A stretch of 64,000 nt of DNA, taken from contig JBHGNT010000005.1 of assembly GCA_043228905.1 (NCBI GenBank), forward strand, positions 15,872,001-15,936,000, written 5' to 3'. The notes below the pieces were generated by a model, which did no database searches, was not told the origin of the DNA, and worked only from the letters and a program-made list of their open reading frames with translations. Both the position numbers and the translations under genes were made by a program. Shown piece by piece: positions 1 to 11,100 of the stretch (position 1 is its first letter; every line of letters begins with the position of its first letter). This stretch comes from Azolla caroliniana. Lineage: Eukaryota; Plantae; Polypodiophyta.

Positions 1-738
1 CCCAAACTAGGGGAAAAACCACGGCAGCCCACAGGCTGCAAACTGTCACTATGTAGGAATATACAACAGTGAGTTCACTGAGGCAACGACCTCGTGCTCA
101 CATATCTTCGCCACAGGCGGCGGTTACAACAGAGGCAACGACCTCGTCTCTCTCTCTGTACAGTTACTTACTCTTACTTCTTCTTACACCAACAAGAAAG
201 AATGACGACAACACAATATTAGTTTGCCCTAAGTCATATTTATACTAATATGACTTTTCGGCTATTTACAAATATAACCACAATGGGCTCTCAGAAACAT
301 ATTTACGAATATGTCTCTTCCTTCGGTTCATACCGGGCCTGCACCATCCGGCTCTCCGTAGCCGGGTACTCCTCATCCGGTTCATACCGAGCCTGCACCA
401 TCCGGCTCTCCGTAGCCGGGTACTCCTCATCCGATTCACACCGGGCCTGTACCATCCGGCTCTCCGTAGCCGAGTACTCCTCATCCGGTTCACACCGGGC
501 CTATACCATCCGGCTCTCCGTAGCCGAGTACTCCTCATCCGGTTCACACCGGGCCTGTACCATCCGGCTCTCCGTAGCCGAGTACTCCTCATCCGGTTCA
601 CACCGGGTCTGTATCATCCAGCTCTCCGTAGCCGGGTACTCCTCATACCGTTTCGGTCGAGGCCTATCGGCCGAGGCCGAGTCTGTTCGTCGGCACTGTT
701 CTTCTCCCTTCCCATCCGGAGGGACCTGTCTCCCAACA
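1..738 (-). mobile_element. Ty1/copia LTR (5' LTR or solo LTR, left end off-window), same family as the LTR of element C at 59352
   Basis: The reverse complement begins TGTTGGGAGACAGGTCCCTCCGGATGGGAAGGGAGAAGAACAGTGCCGACG, nearly identical to 59352 onward. Same TATA region (TTAGTATAAATATGAC) and (GA)n tract. It abuts copia RT/RNase H coding sequence at 739. Confidence 0.9.
325..645. repeat. About 6 tandem copies of a 54-bp CCGG-rich unit in the LTR U3 region
   Basis: Unit CCGGTTCACACCGGGCCTGTACCATCCGGCTCTCCGTAGCCGAGTACTCCTCAT. It also appears as an 18-aa periodicity in ORFs 250..798 and 266..601. Confidence 0.9.
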
Positions 739-2204
739 CGGGGGACTGCTATATCGGACCGGTGCAGCCGCGCAGTTAGTCAGCTACACCGATGCTAATT
801 GGGCTGGCAACGCCGCCGATCGCCGATCCACGTCCGAATACGCGTTCTCCCTCGAGAGTGCCGCGATCGCGTGGAGCAGTAAGAAGCAGCCGACAGTTGC
901 ATTGTCGAGCACCGAAGTTGAGTACCGAGGAGCGGCTGTCGCGACATGCGAAGCCATATGGTTGAAGCAGCTACTTAAGGAGCTGCAAGAGGTGTCAGAT
1001 CCGACGACGATCTCCTACGACAACCTCAGTAGCATCCAGCTCGCGAAAAACCCCGTTTTCCACACGCGGACCAAGCATATTGAGGTGCACTACCATTTCG
1101 TCCGTGAGCGTGTCCTTTCCGGTGAAGTCGAACTTCAGTACGTTCCAACGGATCGGCAAACTGCCGACATCTTCACTAAGCCCCTTGGTCTGGACAAGTT
1201 GCGGCAATTCTCCGGTGCGCTCGGATTGCGTCACCTCGACGTGCCAAACTTGAGGGGGAGAACAGTCCCGAACGACCAAGCAAAGCAGCAGGAAAGGAGC
1301 GGAGGCCGCAACACCGAGTCGGTTGACTCAGCTGTTGACTCGGTTGTCGAGTTCGACTTCGGATCGGCTGAAGAAGCCGAGGGCAGACCCGCGGAAAAGT
1401 CCGAAAGCGGACAAAAGGGGAGCAGCCGAAGGAGAGAGCCAAAGCCAACCACGCATGGGGAAGATGACGCCACCAAGGGCGAGAAGACCGAAGACGAGTT
1501 GGAGACAGCCAACTCGGACGGGAGCGAAAACCGATCGGAGGTAGCCGAGTCGGTTCGAATGTTTGATTCAGATACATTGAATCAACCGAGGCCCAAGCGG
1601 AAGAAAAGGCAGCAGGAGAAGCGTCAACACCACAACAGCAAAAGAGCTGATAAGGGCCGCATGAGCAGACAAGCCGACCGTAAGGGTCGAAGCGCGCGGA
1701 GTCGAACAGGTCGAGGAGCGCGAGCAAGGCGTGAAGCCAGGAGGAACCGGAGCTGTGAGCCCGAGGATCCCGAAGAGCCTCGAGTTGAGCTTGAGGGGGA
1801 GTGTTGAGAGACAAGCTCAACATCGGCCGGATCGGCTGAAGAAGCCGAGGACCGGATCGGTTGGGACCGATCGATTAGGCCGAGTGCGTAAACCGGGAGG
1901 CCGTTAGGAAAGATGTTCCGTGAGGAATATATTTGGGAGTTAGTGTAGGAGCTCTTAAAGAGCATTGAAGTACGGTCAGTACTTCGGTCAGTCCTTCGAG
2001 GACTTGTATAAAAGTGTTCATGGAACACACATATGTGTAGAGTAGTGAATCGAGATCTTTTGTTGAATATAGTTCTTGTGTTTTCTCTCTCTAACTCTCT
2101 CTGTCTCTCCCGCATATACTGCGTAAGCTCAAGCTCTCCATTAAACCTGAGTTTTCTTCCTTCTGTTCCGTCTTCATACTTGCTTCCGCACGTTACTTCT
2201 TACA
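739..2204 (+). mobile_element. Ty1/copia element X, 3' part: RNase H, C-terminal extension, PPT and 3' LTR (about 1803-2204)
   Basis: Translation ...SYTDANWAG...WSSKKQPTVALSSTEVEY...RTKHIEVHYHFVRE...ADIFTKPL is copia RNase H. PPT CTTGAGGGGGAG at 1790-1801 is followed by TGTTGAG. The LTR end ...TTCTTACA near 2204 is tentative. Confidence 0.8.
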
Positions 2205-2354
2205 ATCGATAACCCCGTGCATTTCTCATTGGACAGAATGTGTTCTTACGTGTGCCTCATGACTCTACGACATTATCTACAAATAAGTGTGCTAAATTTG
2301 CCCCACGACATGTTAAACTGACACAAGCATCATGTTGATGGGTAGGGGGTGGAG

Positions 2355-2579
2355 TGTGAGTATATTAACATGTGTAAACACATGCATATTTATGTGAATG
2401 TGTGCAAAAATGAGAGTGTTGTAAAGTGGGTCTAGGTTGTTAGAAGATTATGTAACTAACCTACAAACCTCATTGGATGTTCTTGGATTGTGATCCTCAT
2501 GTAATATACCTATATAAGCCCACCCAAGGGGACATGAATGATAGTAGTGGTTTTTGCCTTTCAATAATTGTGTGTGTGT

Positions 2580-2635
<56 letters not shown>

Positions 2636-2681
2636 AGCTCAACCCCCTTGGGAGAATGGCTCCACCCCCCACCCATCAACA
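2355..2681 (+). mobile_element. Short LTR with (GT)n(CT)n tract, preceded by a purine tract; interrupts copia Z
   Basis: GGGTAGGGGGTGGAG then TG...CCCATCAACA, with a TATA box (CTATATAAG). It shares AACCCC(C)TTGGGAG...CCACCC with 28502-28861(-) and about 15220-15270. Confidence 0.55.
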
Positions 2682-5575
2682 CATCATCACAAACAATGAC
2701 AATTTCACCATCACATGTGGTTGTTTGGGTCATTTTTCTTATTGGCTGTGGTTCCATTCTTTTGGTCTCTCATCTTCTTTCTACAATCTCTTTGATAATG
2801 ATTTGGACCACACCACAATAATGACATGAAAAATGCTTCTTAAAATCTTTCCTATTTTTGGATTTAGACCTCCCCTTAGAGTTATTTCTATTATATTGTG
2901 GACCCCGAGTGTGGCTTCTTCCTCTATTTGAGGTATTTTCTGTGACTAAGGCTTTATGCTTAAAGTTGTAATCATGCTCTTTGTCATGCTTCTTCATTAA
3001 GATGACTCGACTTAAGCGTATCCAATATCATCTTTCCTTGTGGTGTTGAATTCCCAAGTGTCACCACAATTGTTTTCCAACTATCAAGGAGAGAGCCTAA
3101 CAATAATAAAGCCAATACATGATCTATTAGAGGTATGTCTAAAAAGACAGTTTGATTTATCAACCCTTGAAATACATTAAGGTGCTCAGCCATACTAGAG
3201 CCATCTTGATATCTCAACCTCACAATCTTTCTGAATACAAAGGATCTATTCAAGGCATCTTTAGTTTCAAACATACTCTCGATTTTCTTCCACAATACAT
3301 CTATTTTGGTTTCATTATCAACGAAAATAAATAAATAAATATTAATAGTTCTTAGGAATACGGTTTCCTTCATGACAAGGAAACCGTAAGTGTATGGGCA
3401 TCGTCAATGTGTGGTTGTTTTTAAATGCATGACTTCAAAAGTCGATGCATCTACTTTCTCTAGTTTGGCTGTACCACATTGTATGTACCGGTAACCAAAA
3501 ATCCTTGCATAACAACATATCCCTCATTTTGAACTTCCATACTGAATAGTGTTGAGAAATCGATGCGGAATAGATCACAATAAACGAACTACGTGCTGAA
3601 ATATGAATCACAAGAATACACCAGAAAGACAAGATAAACAGATGTACACAGAGATTTACATGGAAACCCTAAAACGAGGAAAACCACGGGAATAGAACTT
3701 CACGATACAAATAGTGGATATACAATACAGAGAGGATTACAACACTCTTGCAAGTGGATCAACCGCACAAGGCTCTTCGCGTTTGTTGTTGCTCACACAG
3801 CTATGGCGCGGCTCATGCTTCTCTCTCTCACTCACTCACTCTCTACACACACAGTTCTTCACCACACATAAAGTTTTCCCTAGTTGTATATATACTTACA
3901 CAACTTTCTGGCTATTTACATGTATAGTCACCCGAGTTGGCTATTTACACGATTCCGGTTTTGGCCTCGGCCAAGTCACTCATCAACTCGGCTTCTCTCT
4001 CTTTCCCATCTAGAGGGACTTGTTTCCAACAAACTCCCCCTTCACTCCTGTGGGAGAAATCTGTCAGTCCTGTATTTTGTCGACAGACTCTGAGTCCGTC
4101 CATAGGTAGGTTCTTCGTCAGCATGTCAGATCCATTGTCATCGGTATGGATATTCACAATGTATGTGTTTGGTCCGGGAGTGGTATGTCGCATTCTTGGC
4201 TAAGTGTATGGCGCTTTGACTGTCACAGTGAAGCAAGAACTCCTTTTGCTTCATGCCTAGTTCGTTGAGAAAATTTCTCATCCAGATAAACTCTTTTTCA
4301 GCTTGTACAGCTGCCATATACTCTGCCTTTGTAGTCGACAAGGCTACAGACTTCTGCAGTCGTGACTGCCACGACACTGCTCCCCCTGCATAGGTCATCA
4401 CGTACACTGAATTGGATTGGCTTGAGTCGGTATCTCCAGACATGTCTGAATTGGTGAAACCTTCCAGCACACACAGGTTTTCCGACACCATACCTTAGGC
4501 ACACCTCTGAGGTGCCTTTCAGGTACCTGAGTATCCACTTCACTACTGCCCAGTGTTCTCTCCATGGATTACTCATATATCGGCTTACTGCTCCCACAAC
4601 AAATGTTATGTCCGGTCTCGTATAGACCATAGCATACATTAGATTGCCGACTGCTGAGGCATATAGTACCTTCTTCATCTCAGCCTTTTCCTTCTGCCCT
4701 CTCGGACATTGCTTCGCATTCAAGCTGCAATTTGTCGGCAACACGGAGTCGACCGGCTTTGCATTCGACATGTTGAACCTCTCTAGGATCTTCGTCACAT
4801 ACTTATGTTGTGACAACCATAGCACCTTCCGAGCTTTGTCTCGAGTTATGTGCATTCCTAGGATTTGCATTGCCGATCCAAGGTCTTTCATGGCAAATGA
4901 CTTGCCGAGCGCTTTCTTCAAGCTTCCAATCTTCCTTGTGTCTTGACCGACTATCAACATATCATCAACATATAGCAAGAGAATAAAAAAATCTCCTTCC
5001 TCGTACCTTTTGAAGAACACACAGTGATCGGCCTGTGTTTTCTGGAACCAATGTTCCATCATGAAGGACTCGAATTTCTTGTACCATTGGCGTGGAGCTT
5101 GTTTCAGTCCGTACAAGCTTGTTAGGAAACAGGTCCCTCCGGATGGGAAGTGAGAAGAACAGTGTTGATGAGCAAACTCGGCCAAGGCCGAAACCGGATG
5201 TGGTGTACCTGGCAAGGAAGACCCGGTGAGAACCGGATGACAAGTACCCGGCAATGGAAGGCCCGGTGAGAACCGGATGTGGAGTACCCGGCAACGGAAG
5301 ACCCGATGAGAACCGGATATGGAGTACCCGACTACGGAAGACCCGGTGAGAACCGGATGACGAGTACCTAGCAAGAGCCGGATGGTGAAGGCCCGGTGAG
5401 AAGTGCTCACCGAATGAAGGGACATATTCGTAAATATGTTTTCTGAGAGTCCATCGGGGCTATATTTGTAAATAGCCAAAAAGTCATATTAGTATAAATA
5501 TGACCTAGGGAAAACTCAGTAGATTATTAGAGTTGTCATTCTTGTTGGTGTAAGATTTGAGCGCGTAACTGTGTA

Positions 5576-5627
<52 letters not shown>

Positions 5628-7257
5628 GAGGTCGTTGCCTCTGTTGTAACCGTTGCCTGTGGCGAAGATAGCAAGCTCGAGCTCGTTTGCCTCGGTGCTT
5701 TATTATTGTACATTGTGATATAGTGATAGTTTGCAGTCTGTGGGCTGCCGTGGATTTTCCCTAGTTTGGGTTTTCCACGTTAACATCCTGTGTATTGTTC
5801 TCTTCACTGTGTCGTGCGTGCATTACCCGTTTTCTGTGTTTGATCCTAGGCTCGGTTGTGGCCGAGCGTTGTTCATCGGGAGCGTGTATTCCTGTCAAAG
5901 TGGTATCAGAGCGAGGCGACATAGAAAAATGGACGATTTGTTGGGAGGCATGTTCAAGCTCACCGGCTCCAACTATTCGGTGTGGAAGTCGAGGATGAGG
6001 GACATGCTCGTGGTTAAAGATCTTTGGTTGCCGGTTCAGTTCGGGGACAAGAGACCGGACAAAATCAATGCCATGATATGGGAGGTGATGCACATGAAGA
6101 CAACGGCATACATACGGTGCTTCATCGACATGAGTCTATACAACAACTTCAATGAAGAGAGCAAGGCTCATGAGCTCTGGGAGAAGATCGGCATTATGTT
6201 TCAGAACAAAAATGTTGTTAATCAGGTTTCGGTATTTCGAAAGCTAGTAAGACTCCGGTACCAAGATGGCTCCAGCATGGCGGAGCACATGAATGCCTTC
6301 CAGGGGCTGATCCACCAGGCAACATCATTGGAAGTACCTCTCGCCAATGAGGTACTAGCACTACTCCTGCTCGGTTCCCTCCTAGATAGCTGGGAGACAT
6401 TGGTTATCACTTTGGGCAACGCCGGGGCGGAAGGGAAACGGTTATATCCCTGGCAAGAGTGAAGTCGAGCTTGCTAGATGAGGAGGCGCGTCGGAAAGAC
6501 AAGGATACGAATTCCGACTCCAAAGCGCTCATTACCAAATCTGAACGCGGAAGATAGAGGAACCGTAGTCCCCAGAACCGGGAGAAGTCGGGGACACGGT
6601 CAAAGTCAAGGGGGAGGCCTACCTGCTTCTATTGCGGCAAGATGGGACACTTCAAGAAGAACTGTCGGCACTTCCGAAAAGACAAGGAAACCGATGGTAC
6701 CGATTCAAAGCGGACACCGGACCAGAACGGTCCAGCTCATCGTGGTCCTTCCCGATTAAGCGGCAAAGCAGTTTGGGAGGACATTACGGGAGGATGTTGG
6801 GGATTACGAGAGACAGCATTACGATGAATGGATTTGAATTTGAGTATTAGGGATACAATCGAATGAGGCAAGCAATCCAAGAACTTCAAATTTGGATGGA
6901 GGCAATGGCCAAATGATTATGGAGGTAGATGAACAAAATGAGACAAGAACAAGAAGCAAATCACTATTATTACATCCCAAACTCAGAGTCTTGATGATCA
7001 AAAAACTGAATTTGGGTGGACATACATTTGGATTTACATCCTTAAGATTAAGGCATGAGAAATGTGTGCAATTTCTTACAAACATTCCAAAAGCTCAACA
7101 ACCTTTGGAAATTCACATCCCTTAATCTTTTGGTGATTTTGGAAAGCATTTTCAGAAACCATGAAAAGATAGGATCCTTTGCATTATTACAATCCACACA
7201 CATGTTATGTATACGTTTGATCCCGATATCTCACGTATCACTACAAACACAATGTGA

Positions 7258-7971
7258 TCAAGAATTGGAGATGATTTTCTTGAGATATTGAATCTCGGTA
7301 GCATTGACCCCGAAGGACCACGCGAGGAGGGCATCATCGATGGCAAGTTGAGAGGCAAAGATGGCTCCCGGGATGCGAGAAGTTCCCGGGTTTTGGCTAT
7401 TAAAGGACACAATCCCGACCGCATGGGTTTCCCCAACATTCATCTGAAAGTGAATTAAGCCTTGGGGGATGATGAACAGATCTCCGGCAGAGAGAGTGGC
7501 CGCGAATAGCTTCTCGTCAGAGCTAACGAACCCGGCAAAGAGGGTACCTTGGAGGACATAGATGAGTTCCGAGCCACGCGGGTGGACATGTGGCGGGTTT
7601 ACACCTCCGGGATTGAAATCAGATCTGGAAGCCGAGAGGCCCATGGTGTTGAGGCCCGGGAAGTTTGCGGCATTTGCGCGCATAGCCACGTACCCAAACT
7701 TGGATGCCGAAACATTCCCGAGAGTGCGCAGAAGAATCGATGCGAAGTCCGATCCGGTCGCGTTCGCTGGATTCTTTCATACAAAGCCATTCACTCTGGT
7801 GGTCGAGTTGGTGTCAGCGACACAGAAGTCTTGTAGGGGGGTGGCATCGGTGGCCGACACAACCACGATGATACCCATCACGATCGTGCACCACAACATT
7901 AAGGAAGTAAAAGAAGAAGAAGAAGAGAAGGAGGAGGAAGAGGAAGAGGAAACTCTAATACCCATCTTCAT
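7258..7971 (-). pseudogene. GLP: Germin-like protein (cupin, Mn-binding), intronless, with one in-frame TGA; embedded in copia B
   Basis: ORFs 7777..7971 and 7258..7689 are in the same frame. They read as signal peptide, TDATPLQDFCVAD...VNGFV*KNP, germin box 1 GGVNPPHVHPRGSE and germin box 2 GDLFIIPQGLIHFQMNVG...FNSQNPG. The TGA at 7779-7777 replaces the conserved second Cys. Confidence 0.92.
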
Positions 7972-8054
7972 CTTTGCCTTTGCTTGGCTTTTCTTCTAAC
8001 ACTCTCATATATGTATGTAGTTCGTTCCTCGGAGCCTCATATATGTAGTTCCCA

Positions 8055-8160
8055 GAGCCTAGGTGGAATCTCTCCTTCATGGCTTATAATATTGGGTTAA
8101 AAGATTTGGAGCCTAGGTGGAATCTCTCCTTCGTGGCTTATAATATTGGGCTAAAAGATT
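8055..8160. repeat. Two tandem ~54-bp copies upstream of the germin-like gene
   Basis: GAGCCTAGGTGGAATCTCTCCTTC(A/G)TGGCTTATAATATTGGG(T/C)TAAAAGATT occurs twice. Confidence 0.85.
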
Positions 8161-11100
8161 CTCGCTTGCAAATTGAGAACCCTAAAGTCAAACCTTTGCT
8201 AGGTCTTGTATGAGATCTCGAAATCGTGAAGTACAACTCTAGGAAGCATAAAGTCAACTATGGGAGAGTAACCACATTTTTATAGGAGCCTTGTGTAGCA
8301 CCTTTCATAACGGACCGGAAGGAAACAACAGCAATCACGGTAAGTGAAGAAGAGTTGATGCTCATCACCGAGGAGAGTGAGATAAACCTTGTCGGCGACG
8401 AGATGACCTGGGTGGTCGACTCCGGAGCGTTGTTCCACCTTACCCTGGACCGGAAATGCTTCTCATCCTACTCAGCCGGTGATCACGGCTGTGTCCGGAA
8501 GGGGAATGAAGGTACATGCCGAATTGTCAGCATAGGAGACGTGTGGTTGACAACACCAACCGAATGCAAGCTGTTGCTGAAGGATGTCCGACACGTTCCG
8601 GAGGTTTGTCTGAACCTGATATCAGCCGATCGGCTAGATGATGAAGGCTACACAGGTAGCATCCGGAACGGTGTTATGAAGTTCAGCAAAGGGAGCCTAA
8701 TTGTGGCTCGAGCCCGTAAGGTAAACACCTTGTACCTGATGAATGCCCGGTTATGCCCGGAAGAAGTGAACGTGGCATCCGACACTACCGGTGAGTTGTG
8801 GCACAAGAGGCTGTGTCACATGAGCGAGAAGGGGATGAAGAGGCTTGCAGACGACAACCTCATTCCAGTGAAGAACGTGCACTAGGAGAAGCGCATTGAT
8901 TGTCTTGCCGGTAAACAAAACCGGACCTCCTTCCGATTGAGGCCACCGATGAGACGTAATGCACCACTGGAGGTGGTGCATACTGATGTATGTCAAGTGG
9001 ACACGAAGTCACATGCTGGATCGCAGTACTTCGTGATGTTCATACATGACCACAACTGGAAGCTGTGGGCCACACCGTTGAAGACGAAGGATCAGGTGCT
9101 ATCCGTCTTCAAAGAGCTCCACGCGAGAGTGGAAAGAGAAACCGGTCGGAAGCTGAAGGCGGTTCGAGCAGATAACGAAGGTGAATACCGGGGGCAGTTC
9201 GAGGAGTACTGTCGCTCGAAGGGAATTCGGCTCGTATTTACCGTGCCGAAGATGCCAGAACTAAACGGGTTGGCCGAGAGGATGAACTGGACCATAATGG
9301 AGAGGGTCCGGAGTATGTTGGCGCATGCAAAATTACCCAAGACGTTTTGGGTTGAGGCGCTGTCGACAGCGACATATGTGATAAACAGATCACCCTTAGT
9401 GCCCTTGGATGGAGACACACCACAAAAGGTGTGGACCGGTAAGCAAGTCTCCTACCGGCATCTGAAGGTGTTCGGGTGTCTCATGTACGTGCATGTGGCT
9501 AAGGACCGGAGAGGAAAGTTGGATCCAAAGACCCGGCCATGCATATTCCTCGGATACGGCGATGATAAGTTCGGCTACCGAGTGTGGGATCCAGTTGACA
9601 AGAAGGCTTTCCGGAGTCGAGATATTATCTTCATGGAGGACAAGACTCTTGCCGACTGGGAGTCGGAGAAGAAGATAATGAACTCCGATGAGATTCGGAC
9701 ACACCCGGCTAAGAACTGGTTGACACTCGAGGAACCAGCCGGTTACGGTGAGGATGCCGAACCGGTAGAAGAAGAAGCAGAGGAAGCTGAAATTGGAACC
9801 GGCCAAGATCCCGAATCAGATTCGGATGAAGAACAAATAGAGGAGCCGGTTGCCGAAAGCCAAAGACGGAGATATCCTCTCAGAGAGAGAAGGGCCCCCC
9901 GGAGATTTCCGGATGCAGAGCATGTGCTGCTGACCAATGAGGAGAGCCGGAAAGCTTCGAAGAAGCAAAGGATGACACACACAACCGCAAATGGTTAAGT
10001 GCCATGCAGGATGAGATGGATTCCCTGCATGAGAACCATACGTACGAATTGGTGGAGTTGCCGAAAGGAAAGCGGGCACTCCGAAATAAGTGGGTGTACA
10101 AGTTGAAACCGGGAGATGCCGGCAACCCCCCGAGATACAAAGCCAGGATCGTGGTGAAGGGGTTCCAGCAGAAGAAGGGCGTGAACTTCGACGAGATATT
10201 TGCCCCGGTAGTAAAGATGACCTCCATCCGGACGGTGCTGAGTATAGCGGCAAGCATGGACCTCGAGGTAGAGCAGCTGGACGTGAAGACGGCATTCCTT
10301 CACGGTGACCTCGAAGAGGAGATCTACATGCAGCAACCGGTAGGATTCGTGGAGAAAGGGAAGGAGCACCTAGTTTGCTGGTTGAAGAAGAGCTTGTACG
10401 GACTGAAGCAGGCTCCCCGACAATGGTACAAGAAGTTCGACTCCTTCATGACCGATCAAGGGTACCACAAAACACAGGCTGATCACTGCGTGTTTGTGAA
10501 GAAGTTCGAAGGAGGCGACTTCCTGATACTCCTTCTGTACGTGGACGACATGTTGATCGTCGGATGGGACCAAGCCAAAATACGGATGCTGAAGAAGGCT
10601 CTCAACCGAACTTTCGCAATGAAAGACTTGGGTCCGGCAAGATAGATGTTGGGGATGCATATCATCCGGAACCGGCCAACGAAGCAATTGTGGCTGTCAC
10701 AAGAGAAATACGTGACAAAGGTGCTTCAGCGATTCAACATGTTAGAAGCGAAACCGGTTGGATCGACACTCCCGGCAAACTGCAGATTATCCGATAAGCA
10801 AAGCCCGAAGACGAAAGCCGAGAAGGCTGATATGATGAAGGTTCCATATGCCTCTGCCGTCGGGAGCTTGATGTACGCAATGGTGTGTACCCGATCGGAT
10901 ATAGGATACGCAGTCGGAGTGGTGAGCCGGTTTATGAGCAATCCCGGCAAGGAGCACTGGAACGCGGTCAAATGGATACTCCGGTACTTGAAGGGCACTT
11001 CGAACATGTGTCTCCGATTCGGCTCACGGTAATCCTCAACTCGACGGTTTTACCGATTCGGACATGTCGGCTGATGTGGATACCAGCCGGTCTACATCCG

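Noticed and set aside
250-798. 182-aa and 111-aa repetitive ORFs; array superficially CRISPR-like
   Set aside because: These are translations of the 54-bp LTR tandem repeat. The units are contiguous with no unique spacers, and the context is eukaryotic.
7777-7779. Selenocysteine recoding of the GLP UGA
   Set aside because: Land plants are generally regarded as lacking Sec machinery and I recognised no SECIS. A nonsense mutation inside a decaying TE is simpler.
6736-8310. GLP insert as a Pack-MULE, Helitron or processed retrocopy
   Set aside because: No TIRs, TSD, TC...CTRR ends or poly(A) were visible, and upstream promoter-like sequence is included.
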